From Lytechinus pictus (lineage: Eukaryota), in the NCBI RefSeq assembly GCF_037042905.1, contig NC_087245.1, forward strand, positions 10,852,001 through 10,916,000: a stretch of DNA of 64,000 bases. Reading direction: 5' to 3'. Numbering within the stretch: the first letter of the stretch is position 1; every line of letters starts with the position of its first letter. Of the stretch, positions 1 to 15,400 are shown in pieces. Position numbers and translations under genes: made by a program. Under the pieces are notes generated by a model, which did not search any database, was not told the DNA's origin, and was given only the letters and a program-made list of their open reading frames with translations.

Positions 1-2159
1 TCAGTAGGCTCATCAAGGAAAATCCCATTGGAATTAAACTTCGATATCTAGACTAGAGTTTCGATTTTCAAGGAAAAACTGCTCGTATTTTCATGTAGTT
101 TACAGTGTCCGTCATTCCTCATACAGGCTTGTTCTTATGTTCATTTATGTACCAAATTAGGTTGATCAAAGACCGAAACATGATACCATGTTACATTAAA
201 TCTTCACAAGAATTAAGCGGACGGTCTCTTAATAGCTGTTGAGGAAAATAGGCTAGGAAGGAACCTGTCCCATATAACTGAAACAATCTGGCCTATCATG
301 TCTCTAGAATTCTTCTTTGGATTCTGGGACATATCAATACGGGGTATTTTGAAGAAAGAAAAATGTGAGCATTATGTATTCAGGCGGGCTTTATCTTGAA
401 ATTAGTCACCTCTCTTCTCGTGTGTGTCGCTGTGTGTGCACTCCTTTGTGTACGAAGTCAATGGGAGTGAGTGGAAAGAAGTCACCAGCGCTGATGAAAT
501 AAACGGCAGTGGATGGACTGGTGACTTAAACCAGGATAAAGCCTTTATGGCCAAAAAATTCCAGATCCATTTAATGATGTGACACCTTCTCACTAGCTTC
601 TTTCTTATGTTAATGACAAGGAATTAACTCCATGGTGTGTAGGTAGGCGCCTAATTCATGTGACTTTCATTCACGACTACATACAATTGTGTGTTTTTTC
701 CATTACGTAACGTTCACGTGTACACGTGCACAATCTTTCACGCGAACAAATTCATTCATATCATGACTTTGATTCATCATGTATGTTACTTAAACATCAT
801 ATTTATGATGACAATCGGCTTAAAAGACTTGTAAATAATTAAATTTAAGATAACAAAGCAATTTCACTCACCCCATTGGGCTTGAATCAAGAAATTAATC
901 GAAAATGAAAGACAACTCTGCGCAGCATTATCCAAGGGCAGTCGAGGAAAATAAGCGACACGCCACCAGCGGTCAAAATAAAACCTATTTCATCGCCGCT
1001 GGTGTTGCATTCAAATTCGTCTACATCTTCAAGTATCAAGATAAATTAGTACAACTGAATGGTTAATGTACATCGAAAAATTGGTGAATCGATAGTTTCA
1101 GAAATATTTGCCAACTTCACACCCCAAAGCTACTTTTAAAACTTCACTACATAAATCCAATTTAATACAATTTATCTGTCATTGCTTTTTGCTTATCGAT
1201 ATGCCATTTTGGGTGTTCGCTCTTGTGACTTCCCAGGTGCTCTCCCGACTTGAATATGAAAAGGGGAAAGAAATGCTAATTGTGGCTGGATATCAGAGCA
1301 ACTTGCAGCTTTATTTTCCCTTGAGATTAAATAGGATACAATTTCAGGCATGTGACTGGATTACGCATTGCGTATGCTGCATAGTATCACCAGATATAAT
1401 GTAGTTTTGCGTAGACACGCAAAATTTCCCGTAGACGATAATGTATACCAAGCCTTCGACGGTCTACTGTACGCAGATGGATGAGGAATTACTCTCTACG
1501 AAAAATAGGTTAAAAGGCTAAACTTTGCACCTTTGATATTAGTATTCTTATTACTCCGAAATATCGAATATGCACATCAAGGCTGGGGCACCTATAAAGG
1601 TAAAATTTCTTACCTACTTTGCAACTTTCAGAAAAGAGAACACATTGGAAGGCGAAACTTTGCACCTATTTGTTTTTACTGAAAGAAGCACAGTTATACC
1701 AATAAGAATGCGCTCTCCGTTTCACACTGATAAATGTGCAATGTTGAAGTTTTTCGTGTGTATGGGAAAGGAGTATCCGAAAAGAAGTTGATAAGTCTCT
1801 CGCGACCTTTATTTGATAAATTGGGATATATTTTCAGAACGTTTTGACTGGCGGAAGAATTTTTTATTGTTTTAGAGATGAACGAGATTTCCTCACGAGG
1901 GGGCACCGTTTCATTCTATCCCATATTGTTAAAGGTTAATACTGCTCTTTCAGGGCACCTTCTTTCAGATGTGAAAGCAAAAGAGAGAATGAATAAAAAT
2001 GCAAATTGCAGCTGAATACCATAGCGACACATTGTGCTTTATTCAGAGTGTGTAAATTAAAAATGAAATTCATGCATGTTCGTTCAACAATAAATTCGAT
2101 GATTAAATCATTTGAAAATATAACTCGTTTCCATTCCAAGACAGTTGAATTGTGGAACC

Positions 2160-2400
2160 ATTCATCACTGAACATCATTTATTATTACTATTATCATCAT
2201 TATCATCATCATCATCTTCATCATCATCATCATCATCATCATTATTTTTATAATCATTTTTATTATTATCATTATTATTATTGTTATTATTATATTGTCA
2301 TCATCATTATCACAATCATTATTACTATATATGAATTTATGATTAATGTCATTATTGATGCTTATTTCTATCATTAAAGTAGTCATTATTGCCACTATCG
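2160..2400. repeat. (CAT)n/(TAT)n trinucleotide microsatellite
   Basis: Seen directly; explains the poly-His/poly-Ile ORFs. Confidence 0.9.
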
Positions 2401-4094
2401 TTATACAGTAGTTGTATAAACCAAGAATTAATTTTTATTCAGGTCATAATGTATTGCTGATTTTATCAAATTTTGTTATAATACTGCCTGGATTGTTCAT
2501 CGTTTGCAGAGTATAGTGCAAAGAATTCAAATACTTATATTGAATTGCAATGACATTCATATTTTAGGGATTCTTCAAACGTTATTATTCTATTGTATTT
2601 CTGAGAAAAAAATTGTAATTCCCTTCCAAATTCTATTTTGATTGCTTCATATAACCATTACTAGCTGCTAGATACAAGTCAACTCCCCCCCCCCCCCTCT
2701 GTTTCAAAGAAATAATGAAGAAGTTATCTTCTTTGCAGGGAAAGCATACATTTTCAATTAAAATTTTATGCTATATCGAAAATTCAAATTCTTAAGACTC
2801 TTTCCACCGATAATTGGTTATATGATTATTCTTACCGTTTTAAAGGCTCAGTCATTCATCGGATTTATTCTAAATGAATATCGCTAATAATTTTACTGGC
2901 ACGAGTATGAATCTGGATATAAGTTCTTTGGGGAATAGATACCTAACACGTGGTCGATAAATGAGCTAGAAGATTTGCATACAGAAAACCCCTAGTGTGG
3001 TGGATTTATCATTCTAGTCTATTCTCCTCCGAATCTACATCATCCATATGTGATGTCTGGGGGAAGATGATATTGACTGCGTTTTGCAATCAAGGTAAAC
3101 AATGCGCCTGATACATAATTAAAAAAAGGTAGCAAGTTGTTTAAGCCCGTCACTCTACTAATAACAACATTTTAAAACTATTTAACAACTTGTTAAAAGC
3201 TTTAAAAGTTGTTAGAGTGATGGTACTTATATAACATTTTACAGTATAAACATACTTTTTAGTACTTTGAAAGAGGAGACTGTGGGGTGTTAATTTTTTG
3301 AAACTATATAAAATAGAAAACTAAGAGAAATGTATTTATTAAGAAATTGACGATAATCCATCAAAATATAAGAAAGCTATTTGACTATTAAGATCAGATT
3401 ATCATTTTCATGAGGTAATAAATTGCTGCTATCGTGTCGTAAAATAATATAATTCTGTGATGTGTTATTTTTTGTAAGAGACATAACATAAACCTATCAC
3501 AAATAATATATTACCCAAGTTTCTATGTAAGAAAAATCATCCACCATGATTCATAACTAATAGGAGTTTATTCAGTCTTAATATATGCGAGATGATCTTA
3601 AGATTATTGTTGGCATAATTTATAAACAAGCAATAAACTGAAAACTGTGTTATTCTTGCCAATGTTTTAGCAAAAGTTCAGTGATGTGTTCTATCATTTT
3701 CTTTCCGCCTCGATAAAATCAATTGAGCGACTTGGTTAATTGTCCTCTATTAAGAAAAAGAAACACCAAAGGCAAGGGAATCATCACAGCATTTCGAAGG
3801 GGAATACTTATCAGAGGTACATTTGCCGGGAAATAAGTTAATTAACATTCAAAGTCCAATCCGCCCGCCCTCTCTATTACTCAAACGCCCTTACACAAAC
3901 TCAAGTACAGTGTATAACATTATTTGCGCACACAAAACGTTATTTTACACGAAGACGCACCCACACACACGCCCAGCTTCCCTGTCCTTACATCACGACT
4001 TTGTATGAAAAACAACAGCATTTTCCTCCCCAGGATGATATTGTTGCGATAAATAGAAAAGAATGTGTCATGGAGGAAGGAGGCAAGTGAGGGT

Positions 4095-4170
4095 GAGTGT
4101 GTGTGTGTGTGATAGGGTATGGTGTGTGTGTGTGAGGGAGAGAGAGGGGAGGGGGAGTTGGGAGAGAGAA
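4095..4170. repeat. (TG)n/(GA)n microsatellite
   Basis: Seen directly. Confidence 0.8.
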
Positions 4171-4617
4171 AGGGATGAGGACAACATAGGTATACTATAT
4201 AGAAAGATGAGTGCATCCATTGGCCATTTCCATTCCATCCTTTAGTCACTAATAAAAGCACTGTCCTTTATAGTCTCTCAGATCTGGTCCTTACAAGATG
4301 TTTGTATCCTGACGAAATGTTTGAGGAAAAACTGTCAGCATCCAACAAGCCATTCAAATAAAATTAATTCTTACGATAATTATTTACGTTTAAATTCCAC
4401 TGGGAAAGTACGAATCGGAGAGTATGTATCTACTCCTTTACCATGTTTACCAAAGCCACTAAAAGTAACAATTGTTAATATCATTCGATTTTTTTTTCTA
4501 TTCGATGGGGCGGGGGCTGTTAGTGCTACCGAAGCATGCAAGAGAACACTAGAGCCGGAAAGCATCTGATAAGATAAGCCACGTGTAAAATTATACTTTA
4601 TAATATATCGGTTAAGG

Positions 4618-4960
4618 CACTAGCGTACCTACGGGGGGGTGGCGCAGAGGGGGCAGACTGCCCCCCTGACGAGTCACAACCAATGCAAGGGACATATCCC
4701 TGCCCCCCTGACGAGTCACAACTGACTCCCTGGCTCGCTCCTTTAAACTTGAAGACCTTTTTTTTTGCTTGTAAAATTTTTTTCTGGTACGAAATCCTTT
4801 ATTTGTGGTTGAAGACCCTTTTTTTTTTTTTTTGGTCAAATTTTTTTTCTGGTACGAAATCATTTATTGGTGGTTGAAGATCTTTTTTTTTTTTTTTTTT
4901 TTTTTTGGCGGACGAATTTGCCCCTCCCCCCCCCTGTAGAAAATCCTAAGTACGCCACTG
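4618..4960. mobile_element. hAT-like MITE, degenerate
   Basis: Ends CACTAGCGTACCTA...TAAGTACGCCACTG. Internal direct repeats CTGCCCCCCTGACGAGTCACAAC x2 and GAAGAYC(T)n x3. TSD only partly conserved. Confidence 0.6.
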
Positions 4961-6399
4961 GGTGAGAACAGCAATATTAGCATTTCAAGATGAGCTAAAT
5001 TGCAACGCGCAAAGGCGATAAGACAAGATTAGACATGTCAGATTAGGGATTTCTTCAAGCTACGAACGTGAATCCGCAGACGACGCAAAGATTTCAACTT
5101 CTTAACGACAGTCGTCATAACTCCTCATCAGTGTGATAGCTTAGGGAGACAATGACACCCTCGTCATGAACAATTTCATAATGATGGTTGGGAGATTCTC
5201 CTGCAAATCATTTTACTTAGCTATTCTTCAGAGTTTAGAATCCCAACCGGACGCTTCGTTTTACTTTGAGAGAAGATTCTCTCCAATCAGGTCGTGAGTA
5301 TCAAAAATACTGTAGGGCCCGGCCCGCAAGTAAAGAGTAATTGAATTTTGATACTCTTAAAAAGTTAATCTCTATCTGATAATTCTAGACTGTCAAGTAG
5401 GTTTATGTTTGTATTGTTGTCATTTCCAATCCCTTCTCTTTACCAGTGTTTTGAAGATATTTTTGTTTACAGTACAACGTGAAAAGCATCGGATTACATA
5501 AATATTTTTGATAATAATGAAATGAGAATCTTCTTCAACAGAAACCAATCGATTCGATTGATAACATTTATTCTTTTTTCAAAATTAAAAAAATCGCAAT
5601 GTAAGGCAAAAAAATATAATAAACAGAAATGAAAAAAATATATAATTCACATGCCAGCTCAACAGGGAACATTTTCCTTCTTAGATGTTAAAACGACAGC
5701 GGATTTCAGAAATAGACTGAAATAACACGAAAAAATCATGAGCAAAATCATAGCTGATATACTATCTCTCGAGTGAATAACAGGATATACTTATACGACT
5801 GAGGACTCTTTTTAATGCTCTTATTTTCTCTTTCTTTTCTGTTACCCCTATTTCCCTCAATCTTTCCCTTTATCACTACTTTAAAAAAATCAAACCCTGT
5901 CCATTCTTGTAGCACCACCAGTGTGCTCCTAGTTTTTAGCATTTCACAAATTTCTGGACTGCATAGAACATGTCGGGAGCTTACTATACATGTATACTTC
6001 TCGGGTTCGGCAAAAATTCAACACCAGTATTAGATGTAATGATCCCACGCCATTTCACCTGTTTTATAATGTGAACTCATAAGATATTTATGTTCTCATT
6101 AAATACGAATTAAGAACTTACACCCACAGTGTTGTATTTCTTCTGGACAGACAAGATTACACATTCTGATTTCCTTTTGAAAACATGACTGATGTTAATT
6201 ATAAAATGTTGTTGGATATCCCATATAGCAAACGTCTAATGAGTGTATTAAGATGCAGATGAATAACATAATAAAAAAATAATGTAAATAAGATTTATCT
6301 GCATGGTAATATCAAGTCAGTAAGAATAGTCTCTCGTGGCCAGTATGTGTTCCTTGAATCTGATATGAATTATAATGACAATCAGGTTATGAAACAAGG

Positions 6400-6750
6400 A
6401 TCTCAAATCTGAGAACATATTGGGGAAACTAGACAACATCAAGGAAATGGAAGAATTATGACACGATTTTGTTGATACTTACGACAAGAAGATACGGCTA
6501 GACATACAAAGATATACGATTCCCGGACTGATTGTAATCTGTAAATTAAATCCGAGTATACCACAAGGGAGATGACGGAAAAGAACCTCTGGCCATAGTG
6601 ATAAGAACAAGCTTTCTAATACATTATCGCTAATTAAGACATCAAGATGGAAGGAGTACGGACAAGCAAGGTTATAAACAACATCCCATAAAAAAGCTCT
6701 GAACTGGAAACGCAAGAGAAAGGTTTATTAACCACTGAACAAGAGAAATT
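6400..6750 (+). mobile_element. Possible highly decayed RTE-clade LINE 3' fragment
   Basis: Broken translation ..NLWP..IKTSRWKEYGQARL*..KKALNWKRKRK resembles the RTE ORF C-terminus (RRWRWIGH..ALxWxP.GKRKRGRP). Recognised by eye only. Confidence 0.25.
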
Positions 6751-7403
6751 CCTTATTCCTTTCTCCATTAATTCCCTCGATGCGGTCTTTGTGATCTGTT
6801 TGGTGCTAGATCATCAGCGTGATTGAAAGAGTTTCCCCCTTCCTAAAAAAAAGAACAAGATGTGTAAAAAGAATGTACTGGTAAGAATCGCTCGTTCATA
6901 AGGTCAAGGCTATACAATTAGTCATATTAAAAAACGAAAGTTGATTAGTAATTCACCTTTGAGGTATTCTAAGCGGGCTCTGATTAAGATTAAAATCTTC
7001 ATTCACAATTCATGTAAATCATTTTCATACAATATATCACTGTCTATTGTTTGCCTACATCGAAGGATGAGTTTACATTATAAATTCAATTCCAACGGAT
7101 ACTTTACACTTCCTGTTCCGTTACGCTAAGCGCCAACATTGGAGGTCCATGCTAAGAGCAAACTGCAAAAAGGTGATGGATTTGGACCTTATGATTTGAA
7201 AATGATAACTGAATGACCAAAACTAAATTTAGGGTTTCCAGTACTAATATTGTATAATCACTAATTTGTTTTATGTAGTATTTTCAGTACAATGATCTTA
7301 CATGATACTTATGTTGAATTAAATGTTTCGAATATCATCCAATCCAGGAGGTGGATGAAGCGGGAGAACCCCATTTTCCCAAACCATATAGGTTCACCCT
7401 ATT

Positions 7404-7568
7404 CCACACTCACATTTGCTCTACGGCGGCCGTACGGTGGGTCGAAAACAGCCATTTTATTCATTTTTATTCAAACCACCTATGTAGCTATTTAATACAA
7501 AAAATGTTAAACTGCCGTTTTCGACTCGACGCGCCGTACGGCCGCGGTAGATCAAAATGTGACCGAGG
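7404..7568. mobile_element. Small palindromic MITE
   Basis: TCACATTTGCTCTACGGCGGCCGTACGG..GTCGAAAACAGC mirrored by GCCGTTTTCGAC..CCGTACGGCCGCGGTAGATCAAAATGTGA. Confidence 0.7.
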
Positions 7569-10500
7569 ACTCGAGGTATTTTGGGAATGGAAAAACAATC
7601 TAGATCCGCCTGTACCTTAAAATATACCGTGTGTACTTGCGAGTCTTCGCAACATCCATGTCATTCCATGTCACCAATTTTCCATGTCTGTAAGCATGGT
7701 AATTTTACAGTTCCACCAGCGAATCTGACTACAGGCCAATCAAATATAGTTATTTCGAGTGGTTGGTGTTGGAGTTAGTTTCGTTGATGTAACTGGAGCA
7801 TTGAGGAAGCACTGACATTCATCCATGACCGAGAAAATACCATCATCAAGTATTTATCTTTTAGTCTTTCTATCTATTTGAGGTTGGTTGTATAAATGGG
7901 TGAAAAAATGACAACCTTGGGTTTTCTTCCTCTGAAATAAGCGATAACCCATTACAGTAAATATGGATAGGGTTTCGTTTTTATCAAATGCCCACATCAT
8001 TGCAGAGTATTCATTTCTACTTCCTCTATGATTGTAATCATATTTGATCCGCTAAAGAATATCTAAGTTTTGAGGACAAGTAATTGCAAATTCGAAATGC
8101 TGTATAGCGTTACTACCGACTCGTATTAAAGCCAATATGTGTGTTTTCGGAAGTGCTGTGATATATTTGCATACTTATTTTATTGCTCACGTAAAGACAG
8201 TGCTTGCTACATGTATATAATCTTGCTAATGACGATGTCAGAATATCCGATGTACGCAGGTTTAAATGTCGTCGATGATAGTGTCCCTGGTTTGATTTTT
8301 TTCAAAGAAAAATAAAAATCTACCGTATTCGTAATTATCGTTTTCTAGCTTTGACGGAAGATTGAATAAACTCAAATTTAGCAGAACGAAACTCCCATCA
8401 AAATGAGACAGCCTTTAAACAGTCTTCTATCATATCACGTCATTCTAGGCCATTTGCATGTTGGAGAGTGATTCCTCTTTGCTTCTTGAAAATAAAACAA
8501 TGATTGTATCTACCATAACAGACCGGTGACATTAGAAAAGATTTAGTCATCTAGTTATTGTAATACCTTTTAATCCCATGTGTTCTGGTTCATAAAGCTA
8601 TATTTGCATGTTACACAGGCTCAGAAAAACCACATGGCGAATGAGAGGCCGGAAGTCATTATCTTTTTAAATATTTTTTCATAATACATTTTTTACGGTG
8701 TGTACCAATCTATCATAATATCACCTCAAATAGGTTGTTGGAAGAGCATTTGTGTTTTAACAAATTGATAACAACAAGAATTTGAATCGAAAGAAATTAT
8801 ATCTAAACTTAAGCGATGTCAGCTAATGAAGGCATATAATTTGACACATTATTCATATCGCACTTGACTTGTCATTTCCACATGATTTGTGATTTGAGAT
8901 TTGCTTTCTCCTCTTGCTCCCAGATGAATATTAACATTATTCCTTTCACGATGAAGGCCATCAAACAATTCTATTGACTATTATCGGAGGCAATATAAAT
9001 TGCTTCAGATTGGATGTAAAAGTCGTTCTGTGAATAGGAAATATTAGAAGGCTCGATATAATACTGGTAATAACAATTTGGACTCATTCTTGGTATTGAG
9101 TTACCATGGTTACTTTAGGCAGAAAAAAATCAAAGGATATAATAGTAGCGATAGTACATCATAATAAGAAGTGTAATAGAAGTACACTGAAAAAAAGGGA
9201 AGAAAAAAAGCGGGTGCTTGGAGTATTACAAGTTTTGATTTGTCTTATTGTTTTTTCTGCATTTGTAACATTAGCATGCATTCTTAAAAATGTTAGGCAA
9301 CACTCTGTCCACACAACAATTGGTAAAAACTTTATCCAATTCTGGGTAGTTATAAACCAATGAAAACCGACAGGTGCTTTGGGTGAAAACTTTACAGTAT
9401 TAGTTGAAAACTACCCAGAGTTGGAAAAAAAATTCAATCAATTTTTGTGTGGACAGCATGATGTCCAACATTTTTCATTACAAAACAGACATAATTGGTT
9501 TCTGGATTGTGTTGACATGAATCATTGAGAAAAATAGGAAAGAGTTCGGAAGACTGGATATCAGAAGCACACCACAACCCTTAGGCATGCCTAATTTACA
9601 TTGCGGTTTATGGTCTTCCGAGTATTTTGATATAATTTTCTTCACACAATTGATTGAGTAGCGCATATTAAGAATAAGGTAAAAATTATTATTTAATTTC
9701 AGTCGTATAATTCTATGTAGGTCAGCTTCTATTGGCAGGTGTTTCAAACATGTGCGATCCATCAATGTTTCTAAAAAATGTGTATCTTACCGAAAAGGTA
9801 GCTATAATATCATGAGGCTTTGATGTAGATGCGGTGCAAATTGATTTGACGTACCTTTTCTATCTTAAGTGAAGTTTTGCTCATTTCCATATATTATATC
9901 AAATCGAATTGTACAATACAAATAGTTTGAAATTACGATGAAAGTAATGTGCCAATGGCATGAATGTGTGCTCTGTCATCGTGTTACCTTCCCTCCAAGA
10001 AACAGCGTACTTTCAAAGGTTCTTGTGTTAAGAACACCCTGGATGCACCCTTGACTGCTTGAGATGTGGAACTTTCAATCTTCAAGGCCAAAAGAAGGTA
10101 AAATTGCAAAATGTAAAAGATGCTCCAAAGAGGTAATGGTCGAACCTCATTTCTTAAAGGGTATACGTGCATTTTTCTTACTGTGACTGATGCAAAACTA
10201 ATATCAGCACCCTTTTTCATCCTTCTTGTATATTGTATTTTTTTAAGGTAAAATATTCTTGTACATGCATCTGATCTACTGAAATACTAATTAAAAAACA
10301 CAGTGCTCATCAAAACCTATCACAGTCATGACAGAGTTGAAAAGCAATAGGGATCTCGTATATTCTTAGATTATTCTTTAAAGAAACATTACTCCGACAC
10401 ACACAAACAAATCAGAATTTGATGACCAGAAATGAGAGATTTGAATAATTGATATTAATAATCCACAATTATATATAAAAAACATATCACATACGTGAGT

Positions 10501-11165
10501 ACCATACATGCTATTGAGCAATTATTTCATACAGTGTCATATTTCAAATCTATTGCCATCTCCATATTAATTGAGCAACGGTTGAGACAGGAAGTTGAAT
10601 ATTCAATATCAGGTAACAAACAGAAACTCGATCTTTACTTTGTACAAGTAATATTTTGCTAGAAGAAACATCTTAAATCATATTAAATTCAGTAATGATC
10701 GATGATGCATTTATTTTTTTATAAATATCACAAATCATGAAAAGTTGAAACTAATCGTTACAAGCCTGGGGTCTTTCATGATATAAACCATATATTAAAC
10801 TAATCGTACATAATAATAAGTACCAATTGAGACAGATACAATCATCGTAAAAGGCTATGCTTTTGTAAAGTACAAGGTCCTCTTAAAGTGAAAATGAAGG
10901 AAGTCAAACAATATTGTTTGCAAGACATCAATTTCCTTCGGAGATGAATAAGTAATATAAAAATAGCTTTCTCAATAGTGCCAAGTATCTAAAGACTCAG
11001 TATTTCTTTTACGCAAGTAATAGAAATTTGTTATGAGGAAAGTCTTTATATTTTTAAATAAGTTCAAAAGATTCCTGTTTCATTATTACGTTTATTTTCA
11101 ATTAAATACACAACCCAACGCAGCATCATAAGAAGGAAGAACCTTGATGATGTAAAACCAATCTG

Positions 11166-11293
11166 GGGCCCGTAACACAAAGCTTAGCAATGATCATAGA
11201 ATATTTTCTACGATTGATTGCATTGGGTACAATGTACAATCAATCGGGAAAATCAAGTGTAGGATTTATCAGTAATCTTTGTGTTACGGAGCC
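11166..11293. mobile_element. PIF/Harbinger-like MITE (128 bp)
   Basis: TIR GGGCCCGTAACACAAAG / CTTTGTGTTACGGAGCC, flanked by CTG on both sides (3-bp TSD). Confidence 0.75.
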
Positions 11294-12319
11294 CTGGACA
11301 TCATACTGTACAGCAGTACCAATTGACACAGTGAAAAACGATTATTTCATGAGGCTACAAAGTTTCTTTTCCAAAATATGAATGGAAAACAAATAAAATG
11401 TTGCCAATGCCTAACTTTCCATTTTCAGAAAGACACATTCCAGTTACGTGGGATGTTATTAAGTTTTTTTTATCCTACATCCAAATCAAGAGCATTTTCA
11501 TCATTTCAATTCATGAGTATGAATAAAGCTGTTGTTCATGTTTTATTGTTTTGAAACTTATGATAAACAAATACAATTCGTAATCTTGCCTTTAAATCTA
11601 ATTTTATACAATTTCGTGAGATATTACATCATTTTATCAACAAATATTTTGTTTATTTTAACGGACGAATAAAATATGTAAAATTTATTTGAAATGCGTT
11701 TCACATGGCGCATCACGTTGACTTTTTCCGAATTATTCTGGGAATTGCACGGGTAAGGAAATGGAAATAGAATGCTTGTAATAAATGAGTAAATAAGAAT
11801 ATAAATCACACGATATAAGGACCAACAATTACCACTAATATATGTTTTTAACAAACAATGATTTATAATAATTTTGTCATCTGAGACACGCGCACGTATA
11901 CTTCATCAGTATATGATTTGGCCTCGATAAAATATAAGTTTAAGAAATTCAGTTTATTCTCAGCTGATTATAATCAAACTTATTTATACCTTTATCCTCT
12001 CATCTCCCTCACACGCTCAAACAGCCAGCACACTCTCACACACGAACAAACACACGCTCACCCACACCATAATACATGCACTTACTCACGCGCGGATATA
12101 CACATCCTTATATTTGGACCTCGCGTATACATCCATCTCCCATCCAATTAGAAATGATTTTATCACCGAGCATTAGCATCTTTCATCTAATTACCTATGA
12201 TTTTTTTTTCAAATTTCAGTTGATGAATTTCAGTTATAGATTATGCAATTACACCATTCAATCACGGCCACTCCGAAACACATTCACCCACATCAATGTC
12301 CTTATCCAGGCAATTAATA

Positions 12320-12325
12320 TTTATT
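12320..12325 (-). promoter_or_regulatory. Candidate polyadenylation signal (AATAAA) of gene A
   Basis: tttatt on + strand ~78 nt past the stop codon. The AT-rich context makes a chance match possible. Confidence 0.4.
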
Positions 12326-12402
12326 AGGAAATGTTATGTTACGTACTTCGAAACAATTAACCAATAATTCAAAGAAATTATTTCATGTCAAGCGCAAACA
12401 TT

Positions 12403-12435
12403 TTAACTGTTCTTCTGCGGGATCTTCACAGTCAC
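12403..12435 (-). CDS. Gene A terminal coding exon 14 ([10 protein letters not shown])
   Basis: 33 nt, tag|GTG...AGT TAA. Confidence 0.93.
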   Translation of the reverse strand: MTVKIPQKNS

Positions 12436-15400
12436 CTAAAGAAAAGAGAGGAAACAAAACAGTAATGGTAATTAGATTACAATGGAAGACGATTCAGAGA
12501 ATAGGTGAACGTCATCAGTGTCTTTATACTGGTTGACGATGATGTTCATTTTTTTTTTCATCCGTGAAGGGGGGGGGGGGGGGTAATCATTAATTCACTT
12601 TAACATAAATTGCATTACATCCTATATTCTGATGATATGACAGGAATTACTACATCTCTCTGCGGGTGATGAAGATTTTTACTTCTTTTTTAATAAGGTT
12701 TGTATCGCGTCGTAGGTGCTTACATTCTGAAAAAAATACTTTACGTCGAATGGCAAACGGGAATAAGGACGAATTTTTAAACTGTAAACCTAAAAATTGA
12801 TGATCAACAATAAAATGATAATGGATCTCACTTACAGTTTTGACTTCCGTGTAGGCTTCCAGACCATACTCGCCTAGTTCTCGACCAGTACCAGACATCT
12901 TGTACCCTCCAAAGGGAGCCATAGTGCTTACTACGTTGTAGCAATTGATCCTTTTGAAAAATGAAAAAATAAAAATGAAATTTATCGGCAAATTTTACTT
13001 TGTACTTATATTATAGATTTTACATCCCTGGAAATGTAAAGAAATTACTTGGAATAAACACTTGCGTATAACAGATTCATCATAAAGATTATCTTCTTCA
13101 CAGAATTAATATTCGGCATTATCATCTCCAAACAACTAAACGAAAATTAACAAACGGCGGTAACAAAGTCATAGGAAGCAACAAAATATATATATCGGTA
13201 ACTTTTCACTTTCTTTCTATCTGTTCGCTTTTCATTTGTACCTTGTGTTATTTATTTGTTCATGTTGTTTTTCAGATCAAAAGCTCATCTAGGTTTTTGC
13301 CCTATCATGGTGTTACATGAATAAAACTAAACTGAAAAGCAAATTTCAAAGACTACATTTTGGACTATGTAATAAAATAAGATTACAAAACATTAATACA
13401 TTTGGTGAGCTTTTTGTTGAGTAATGTTCAAGTCATTATTTTTTGTGGCAATAGGTTTCTGCATGTGCAGCACCAATTTATTCATGTTATTGATAAGAAT
13501 TGTATAGCATCGAAACTCATTTACTTTGTCGGTGATTTAAACCGATTGGAAAAAAAAAACTCCTAGCCATTCTTGATTGATATGCAGTGCATGTTTATGA
13601 AAAATAATCAGAAATGTTTACTAGTCGAATACCAAAGTAGACATGCGTGGATCTCTCAAGAAAACAGAGATATCTTTAATTTCATTTCCAATTTATTAAG
13701 AGCTATGATAGATATTCAGATACATGTAATACCAATCTAATATTTCCAGGAAATGAGGATCTCAAAACGAGATAAAAATCAAAGTAAAGTCACTTTCCTG
13801 ATCCGATTTCAATAGTTTCACTTGTGCTAGTAAGTCTGAGGGCGTATATATTCTGTATACACATCGCCCCCTTATATATTTGTTGCACATTCAGTATAGT
13901 TCAATACAAATCATAATCATATCATAATGTTAGGATAAACTGGAAGCACTATCGTCATCAAAATGTCCTTAGTTTTCCTAGACGTTACAACCTGATACTG
14001 TAGGACCATATTGATATATGGAAGTCACGATCTTTAAGATCAAATTTAGTTTTCCAGGATAATTAACTGGAGGAGTGCATACATGAAAAGAAATTTATTT
14101 CTGATATCCGACTCTTTACGTCCTCAAGTATTATATGATATATCTGTTTTGGTAAGGTTCGTGAATGAAATAATAACTCGTGGATCAAATTTTATTTGTC
14201 TTGATATCAATTTTAAGTAGGTAAAAGATGAAGCACCAAGACTGGTTTACCCTATCAAAGCTGAAGGCTCTATCTCACAAAAGAGGATAAGCTGGATCAT
14301 ATTCCATGGGCACCTATGATCAATTTAAAATCTAGAGAGTGCGAGGATTAAACCCATCCCTAGAGTTTGAGTTTAGTTTGTAAACGTAAACTCAAGCAAA
14401 ACCTGCTATACGTTTGCGTCGTTCTATAACTTAAAAATGATTGAACTATCTGTTAGCAATCACGATGTTTGATCGAAAAACGTAATTTTATCACGATTTA
14501 ACTTAGTGGAGTTGGAAGATAAAATAAATGAAAGGAAAATTACTTGGTCTTCAGTTTAGCACTTAAATATACTAACAAACCTCTAAAACATTTTTTTTTA
14601 TTTTCACACAGCTAAATCAGTTTGGTTAACAATTAACATGTTATTTTGTATCAAATGTGATATAGATTTAAATGTAACTCATTTTTGTGTCTTAAAGATG
14701 GTATGATCATATCGAGTTAAATTATCCCATATCGTAATACCTACGAGAACTTAAACACATTCGAAAACGCCCTTTTTTAAATGATCAGTTTTGTCGACCG
14801 TTACAGTGTCCAGAGATTTTCAATTTTTTTATTGAGTTGTCAATGCTATTAAAATAATAACTGGAAATCAAACTAAAATGTCCCAAATAATAATCTAATG
14901 TAAGTATATGAAAATGATAGTCTTTGCCAGGTCTTAACGGTATCTTCTTGTAACGACTGATTCATTTAATTTCCCACTTGGTGAGAAAAGATATATATCG
15001 TATTTAAAACGCTTCATTACAATTATTGGCATCACTATAAAACAACTATGTGGTTCTAAAAAAAAAATCCCCAAATAATACTCTCCTAAGCTGGTATTGC
15101 CTTTCGCATAAGCAAAAATAACCCAGAAATCAATCATCATAATGCATGAACTTGAGCATAAACCTTATCTAGCTATTTTGCCTTAGGCCACCGGTATTTG
15201 TCGCGCATGGGTTGTTCATGAATGAGGTTTTATGACGAGATTTTGTTTCAGTATATGATGTCATCCTTTATTACATTCTTCCGGTTTAGGGAACATCCTC
15301 AATACAAAGATCTAAATCTGATTGGTTTGGATGAAAAATGAGATTGATATATTCCCAATTCCGCAAAATTCAAACATGGCTCCCATCTATCCCTTACGAT

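Noticed and set aside
955..1010. Inverted CCAGCGG / CCGCTGG pair resembling CTCF sites
   Set aside because: Short and an imperfect match to the consensus; compatible with chance.
2006..2395. Poly-His/Tyr and poly-Met/Ile ORFs (similarly 18358-18616 and 44829-45041)
   Set aside because: They are trinucleotide microsatellite translations.
5748..5942. ORF containing GKIEGNRG, reminiscent of an RTE LINE C-terminus
   Set aside because: The similarity is limited to a few residues, too weak to call.
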